Origin: Bacteroidia bacterium
GTDB taxonomy: Bacteria; Bacteroidota; Bacteroidia; UBA8524
Assembly: GCA_965249955.1 (NCBI GenBank)
Contig: OZ252261.1
Location: 852,852 to 916,851 of the forward strand
Direction: 5' to 3'
Length of the DNA stretch: 64,000 nt
In this document: positions 59,202 through 64,000 of the stretch, one piece after another
Layout: the number at the start of each line of letters is the position of its first letter
Numbering within the stretch: position 1 is the stretch's first letter
The notes under the pieces: model-generated
What the model was told of the DNA's origin: nothing
Databases searched by the model: none
What the model saw: only the letters and a program-made list of their open reading frames with translations
Position numbers and translations under genes: made by a program

Positions 59202-61046
59202 CTATTTCTCAATAATTAGCTTAGTGCCTTGTTCTATTTGCAAAATATTATTATCCCTATCTGTATCAGCAGTTGAGTAGCTGGGGTCAATAAATATTAG
59301 TGCAACCTCTTTTTTCCCGTCAATGGTAATGGTATAGTTTGGCTCAGTCCAATCCCAATCGGGTAAAGTAGTAGCGTTTTTAGGCAACTCGGTTTTTTCG
59401 CCGCGCATTAGCACCAAAGGAATGTAAAACAACTGGTCGGTGCCATCGGCATAGCGCACCAAAACCTCAACGGGCATCATCATGCGGCCTTTGCGTTTTA
59501 GGTTTATTTGGGTGTTTGCATTGGTAGTATATAGTGATGTAATAGCATAATCAATAGTATTGGTGCTGTATACAAATTGCTCAAAATACCAATCCAACTC
59601 TAAGCCGCTGGTTTTTTCCATTGCACGCTTTAAACTAACATCGGTAGGGTGTTTAAATTTCCACTCGTTAAAAAAGCGTTGCATACCTGTACGAAAATTA
59701 GTTTCGCCTACTATATAACGCAGTTGATGCAAAAACACACCGCCTTTGTTGTAAACAGATACTCCGTAGGCGCGGTTGCTATTAAAAAAATCGGCATGGG
59801 TGCTTAAAGGTTCTCCTTCGTGGGCTTCTTCAAGGGCTAAATAGCTATTAAAACCATTCCAAAACAGGGGTTTTTCGCTTCCATACCCTAAAAATTTCAT
59901 TACTTCTTCTGATGCGTAGGTGGTAAAACCTTCGTCCATCCAACCGTAGTGGCTTTCATCAAAGGCTAATACTCCTTGAAACCAACTGTGGTTCATTTCG
60001 TGCACACTAACACCTACAAGACTAGAGAAGCCTCGTTTACCGGTTATCAGTGTAGCCATAGGGTATTCCATGCCGCCATCGCCACCTTGTATAAAACTGT
60101 ATTGTTTGTAGGGATAAACACCGTAGTGGCTGTTCATCCAGTTTAGCGATTTTTCCATATACTCGCCCAGTTTAGGCCAAGTTTTGGTGGTAATAGAATC
60201 GGGTTGGTACACAAAGTACAATACCGTTCCGTTTTCACAAACGCGGTTCTCCACCACATAGTCGGGGTCGGCAGCCCATACAAAATCATGTACGTTGGGA
60301 GCATTAAATTTCCAAGTTAGTTTAGCACCATCGGGGCGTTTCACTTTTTTATCAGGGTTTTGGTAACCGTGCCCTATTTCTTGTGCATTTTGCAAATAGC
60401 CCGTCCCTCCAATAGTATAAGCAGAATCAAGCGTGATATTTACTTCATAGTCGCCCCAAATACCGTAAAACTCACGACCAATGTATTCGTTAGCGTGCCA
60501 CCCGTGCCTGTCGTATTCGCACATTTTGGGGTACCATTGGCTCATGCTATACTCAATACCTTCTTCATTGTCTCTGCCACTGCGACGGGTTTGCAAAGGT
60601 ACTTGAGCATCAAAATCCATCTCGAAAACGGCTTTTTTATTAGGTGCAATGGGTTCGTTTAAATCAACTTCAAGTATTGTTCCTACTATTTTATAGCTCA
60701 CCGCTTTACCGTTTTGGCTAAGGCTGTTTACCTTTTGATAGCCTTGCTCGGCAGGGGTTAAATCAGGAATTTTATCCAAACGTTTATCAGGGTCTTTATA
60801 GTTTTGGTTGGCGTTATCCATAACACTACCGGGCTGAAAAGCGTTGAAATACAAATGGTAAAAGGCTTTGTAAAGGGTATCGGGCGAGTTATTGTAAAGG
60901 GTTAGTTTTTGCTTTCCTTTAAACTGATTGGTTTTGACATCAAAATCGATATCCATTTTATAATCAACACGTTGCTGCCAGTAATTGCTTTGCGAAAACA
61001 ACGATAGAGAAATGCAAAAGAGCACTAATGTGGTAAGGTATCTCAT
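59202..61046 (-). CDS. M1-family zinc metallopeptidase (aminopeptidase N-like), secreted
   Basis: HEMNHSWFQG...WMDEGFTTY (HEXXH-18-E gluzincin signature); signal peptide; 614 aa. Confidence 0.8.
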   Translation of the reverse strand: MRYLTTLVLFCISLSLFSQSNYWQQRVDYKMDIDFDVKTNQFKGKQKLTLYNNSPDTLYKAFYHLYFNAFQPGSVMDNANQNYKDPDKRLDKIPDLTPAEQGYQKVNSLSQNGKAVSYKIVGTILEVDLNEPIAPNKKAVFEMDFDAQVPLQTRRSGRDNEEGIEYSMSQWYPKMCEYDRHGWHANEYIGREFYGIWGDYEVNITLDSAYTIGGTGYLQNAQEIGHGYQNPDKKVKRPDGAKLTWKFNAPNVHDFVWAADPDYVVENRVCENGTVLYFVYQPDSITTKTWPKLGEYMEKSLNWMNSHYGVYPYKQYSFIQGGDGGMEYPMATLITGKRGFSSLVGVSVHEMNHSWFQGVLAFDESHYGWMDEGFTTYASEEVMKFLGYGSEKPLFWNGFNSYLALEEAHEGEPLSTHADFFNSNRAYGVSVYNKGGVFLHQLRYIVGETNFRTGMQRFFNEWKFKHPTDVSLKRAMEKTSGLELDWYFEQFVYSTNTIDYAITSLYTTNANTQINLKRKGRMMMPVEVLVRYADGTDQLFYIPLVLMRGEKTELPKNATTLPDWDWTEPNYTITIDGKKEVALIFIDPSYSTADTDRDNNILQIEQGTKLIIEK

Positions 61047-61222
61047 ACTATAATACTACGTTCAAAATTTTTGTAGTGCGATTTTACGTATTTATGCCCT
61101 TTTTAGCACTATTGCACGCATGATTTAGATAAACGGAGGGTATTTGGTGTTGACTGTGCCGCTGTCATCCCGAAACAAGTTAGGGAGCTCATTGCTCAAA
61201 ACTCACATTAATACAGAACGAG

Positions 61223-61243
61223 ATGCCGAAACAAGTTCGGCAT
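61223..61243 (+). repeat. A-box hairpin copy A5 with a compensatory double substitution (ATGCcGAA-ACAAG-TTCgGCAT)
   Basis: T to C in the 5' arm is matched by A to G in the 3' arm, which preserves the 8-bp stem. Confidence 0.8.
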
Positions 61244-61272
61244 GACTCCCGCCGCACTATCCATTAAAACTC

Positions 61273-61300
61273 TTAAATGATAATTGGTAAATGCTAAATG
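61273..61300 (-). repeat. Heptad tract H4 (mRNA sense CATTTAG CATTTAC CAATTAT CATTTAA), starting 9 nt after the tryptophanase-like gene stop
   Basis: Read directly. Confidence 0.7.
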
Positions 61301-61309
61301 AACACTGTT

Positions 61310-62695
61310 TTAAACCTCTTCAAAGCGCGCAGTAAAGTGGCGAAGGAAAGGTGGTTCGTAAGTTATTTTTAGTCCTTTAGCTTGGTCGCGGTCTTCAATA
61401 ATATCATCAAATACATCTACCACATAGTCGATATGGCTTTGGGTATATACGCGACGTGGAATAGCTAAACGCACCAATTCTTGCCGTGCGGGTACAAATA
61501 CACCCTCATCGTTATAGCTGCCAAACATCACACTTCCTACTTCAACACAGCGTATACCGCCTTTTTTATACAACTCACACACTAATGCTTGTCCGGGGAA
61601 TTGATGTTGTGGTATATGCGGATATAATTTTTGTGCATCAATATAAATGGCGTGCCCACCACTGGGACGAACTACGGGTATGCCTTTAGCGTGCAAATGA
61701 TCGCCAAGATATGCTGTGCTTTTAATGCGATAGTTTAAATAATCGGCATCAAACACCTCTTGCAAGCCTATGGCAATGGCTTCCATATCTCTGCCTGTAA
61801 GCCCGCCATAAGTAGCAAACCCTTCTGATATTATCAGCAAGTTGGTACACTCTTGCGCCAGTTTTTCATCACGCAGTGCCAGTATACCACCCATGTTTAC
61901 AAGAGCATCTTTTTTGGCACTCATAATAAAAGCATCGGCAAGGTTAAAAAGCTCTTGTGCTATTTGATAGTAGGTATGGTTTTCAAAACCTGCTTCGCGG
62001 TGTTTTATAAAGTATGCGTTTTCGGCAATGCGGCAACCATCAATCACCAACATTATTTTGTTTTGATGGCATATTTCGGTAACCTCTTTCATGTTTTTCA
62101 TGCTCACAGGTTGCCCGCCTGCGCTATTGTTGGTAAGGGTCATTATCACCGCGCTTATATTTTGCGCACCGTATTGTGCTATGTTAGCCTTTAGGGCTTC
62201 AATATCAATATCTCCTTTAAAATCAGCTTCAACAAACGGCTGTGCAGCTTCAGGATTGGGTAAATCAATAGCCTTTGCACCACTAAACTCAATATTGGCA
62301 CGTGTAGTATCAAAGTGGGTATTGCTAATAAATACCTTCCCCTTCCCTCCTATTTTTCCATACAAAATGCGCTCGGCAGCCCTACCTTGGTGGGTAGGCA
62401 ATATGTGCGGCATACCTGTAAGGCTTTTCACCACACTTTCAAAATGCTTCCAACTTTTTGCGCCTGCGTACGATTCATCGCCAACCATCATACCTGCCCA
62501 TTGCCTATCGCTCATAGCCGATGTACCGCTATCGGTTAGTAAATCAATAAATACATCGTGGCTTTTAAGCAAAAAAGGATTGAAACCAGCTTTTTTTAAT
62601 GCTTCTGTTCTATATCCTTCAGTGGTAATGGTAAGAGGTTCTACCATTTTTATGCGGAATGGCTCGGCAAGTGTACGTTCTTTCTTCACAGTCAT
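61310..62695 (-). CDS. Beta-eliminating lyase: tryptophanase / tyrosine phenol-lyase family (PLP-dependent)
   Basis: N-terminus RTLAEPFRIKMVEPLTITTEGYR and overall about 460 aa match TnaA/Tpl; I cannot discriminate the two by eye. Confidence 0.8.
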   Translation of the reverse strand: MTVKKERTLAEPFRIKMVEPLTITTEGYRTEALKKAGFNPFLLKSHDVFIDLLTDSGTSAMSDRQWAGMMVGDESYAGAKSWKHFESVVKSLTGMPHILPTHQGRAAERILYGKIGGKGKVFISNTHFDTTRANIEFSGAKAIDLPNPEAAQPFVEADFKGDIDIEALKANIAQYGAQNISAVIMTLTNNSAGGQPVSMKNMKEVTEICHQNKIMLVIDGCRIAENAYFIKHREAGFENHTYYQIAQELFNLADAFIMSAKKDALVNMGGILALRDEKLAQECTNLLIISEGFATYGGLTGRDMEAIAIGLQEVFDADYLNYRIKSTAYLGDHLHAKGIPVVRPSGGHAIYIDAQKLYPHIPQHQFPGQALVCELYKKGGIRCVEVGSVMFGSYNDEGVFVPARQELVRLAIPRRVYTQSHIDYVVDVFDDIIEDRDQAKGLKITYEPPFLRHFTARFEEV

Positions 62696-62778
62696 AGTAT
62701 GGTGTTTTGTTTGGGCAAAACTATACTGCAAAGCATTGGCAGAGTATGACTTATATCAGGAAAGATTTTTTTTAGATG

Positions 62779-63375
62779 CTATATATCATCATAATCTTCT
62801 GATGAAAAACCTTCAAATTTTACACCCTCGATATAATACACTCTAAAATTAGCACCTACTACATCATCGGTATCGGGAACGCCAAAATAACCTTGTATTT
62901 GCACCGAAACAGTTTCAGCATCAAATGAAATGATATCCATATTAACTAAAATACATTCGTTAAAATAGGTTTTAGGCAAAGAATCAACAAAAACATTTTT
63001 GGTTATTGTATATTGTTTTGCACTACTACCCTGCAAAGCCAAATCGACAGTATATTTATAGTTACTACTGCTTACTACTTCAAGTGTACCGTCGTGATGC
63101 TCAAAAGTATCTTTTATAGCGTAGTCGTTAAGGCATTCCGTTGTTAATTTGGCTACAAACTCATTTGCTTCATTCTCCCATACCTTTTCAACAGGTTTAG
63201 CAGTTAAGCAGGGGTTCTTTGTTATTTTAACTGCTGTATCAATAATATCCTCGCCAGCAGGTTCAGGCAAAGTACTTTGTTTAGTAGCTGTTTCTGTATT
63301 TTGTGGTGCAGGATTTTGACTGCACGCAACTAGCAACAATACAAAACAAAGCCACAAAGTATTTTTCATACCCAA
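62779..63375 (-). CDS. Hypothetical lipoprotein (198 aa)
   Basis: Lipobox LLLVAC at residues 13-18. Confidence 0.45.
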   Translation of the reverse strand: MGMKNTLWLCFVLLLVACSQNPAPQNTETATKQSTLPEPAGEDIIDTAVKITKNPCLTAKPVEKVWENEANEFVAKLTTECLNDYAIKDTFEHHDGTLEVVSSSNYKYTVDLALQGSSAKQYTITKNVFVDSLPKTYFNECILVNMDIISFDAETVSVQIQGYFGVPDTDDVVGANFRVYYIEGVKFEGFSSEDYDDI

Positions 63376-63411
63376 ATATAACTTATAAAAAAAGAAAAAG
63401 GTTAAGGCTGA

Positions 63412-63906
63412 TTACCTAAGCCTATCTGTAGAGCGCACCAATACTTCGTCGTAATTTATACGACGGAGTGCCATATAATTAAATACAGGCAAAAATAGAG
63501 GAAAAAACAAACCAATGGCTATATCTACCTGCACCTCTTGATCTACTTGTCCGCTGTATTTAAAACCGTAGTATACCATTAGTATATAAAGCACTAAAAT
63601 AAAAATGTAGTTAAATGCGGTTAGCAATATTTGCAACCTTCGGTTTTTAAATAAAAATATGCTTATAAAAGCCATACCACAAATAACCGCAAGCGTGTAG
63701 GTAGTCAACCGTAAGGCAGAAGTATCTACCAACTCATCACCAATAAACCAACTTGCCGTTTTAAAATGTAGATTAATAAAACCCACTTCGTTATTCGTCC
63801 ATAAACCATACCCTTGTATTTCTATAAAAGAGGGGTTAACAAATATCAAAAGCCCTGTTATTAGGGTTATTAACAATAAATATATGGTTTGTATTCGTTG
63901 AATCAT
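63412..63906 (-). CDS. Hypothetical small membrane protein, possibly DUF4293-like (164 aa)
   Basis: N-terminus MIQRIQTIYLLL plus 4 predicted TM helices. Confidence 0.4.
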   Translation of the reverse strand: MIQRIQTIYLLLITLITGLLIFVNPSFIEIQGYGLWTNNEVGFINLHFKTASWFIGDELVDTSALRLTTYTLAVICGMAFISIFLFKNRRLQILLTAFNYIFILVLYILMVYYGFKYSGQVDQEVQVDIAIGLFFPLFLPVFNYMALRRINYDEVLVRSTDRLR

Positions 63907-64000
63907 TGGCGACTAGTTAATGGCTTCAAGTATACATCTTAAAGTTTACACAATCGAGCATAATATTTTAAAAAAGCACTCAAAAAACACTTCACAATAA

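Noticed and set aside
8430-61243. I considered whether the A-box hairpin copies might be a CRISPR array.
   Set aside because: The copies are few, irregularly spaced (from about 90 bp to tens of kb apart), in mixed orientation, and embedded in differing flanks. There are no cas genes, so they are interspersed repeats, not CRISPR.
1-64000. A prophage, ICE or genomic island.
   Set aside because: There is no integrase, transposase, recombinase, tRNA or phage structural genes. The S24 repressor and XRE regulators are isolated. The repeats are short non-autonomous elements.

Overview
This 64 kb window appears to be a Bacteroidetes-type chromosomal segment (an impression from composition, not a computed value). 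It has CarboxypepD_reg-type TonB-dependent receptors, an LruC-domain protein, and exact TAnnTTTG -7 promoter boxes. I can support 38 protein-coding genes. They cover housekeeping and envelope functions (gcvP, fumC, trmB, gmhA, dsbD, a SOD, a NifU/Nfu-like protein, NDH-2, an M1 peptidase, tryptophanase/TPL, an LMW-PTP, a LysM-glucosaminidase) and sensing (a LytS/LytTR pair and a large hybrid histidine kinase). There are two TonB-dependent receptors and an orphan rtcB. Large unusual proteins include a 2079-aa alpha-2-macroglobulin-like protein with a GCVEQ thioester motif and an embedded TonB-receptor N-terminal module, a 1218-aa TraB/GumN fusion, a 1063-aa TPR-CHAT protein and an LruC-domain protein. 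I found no rRNA, tRNA or CRISPR array, and no integrase or transposase. The non-coding DNA is the most interesting part. (1) A tandem heptanucleotide tract (CATTTAN)4-5, in mRNA sense, starts 0-9 nt after the stop codon of five unrelated genes. (2) A family of 8-bp-stem hairpin elements (ATGCTGAA-ACAAG-TTCAGCAT) occurs at five intergenic sites. One copy carries a compensatory double substitution that preserves the stem, two copies bracket rtcB, and two form an inverted pair. (3) At least three further interspersed modular repeat families (B, C, D) cluster with family A in the longer intergenic regions. (4) A promoter-plus-terminator-delimited non-coding stretch of about 200 nt lies upstream of rtcB. 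I could not single out one undescribed multi-gene system. The strongest leads are the stop-codon-proximal heptad tracts, the structured repeat network around rtcB, and the A2M-like giant protein together with its downstream hybrid kinase.
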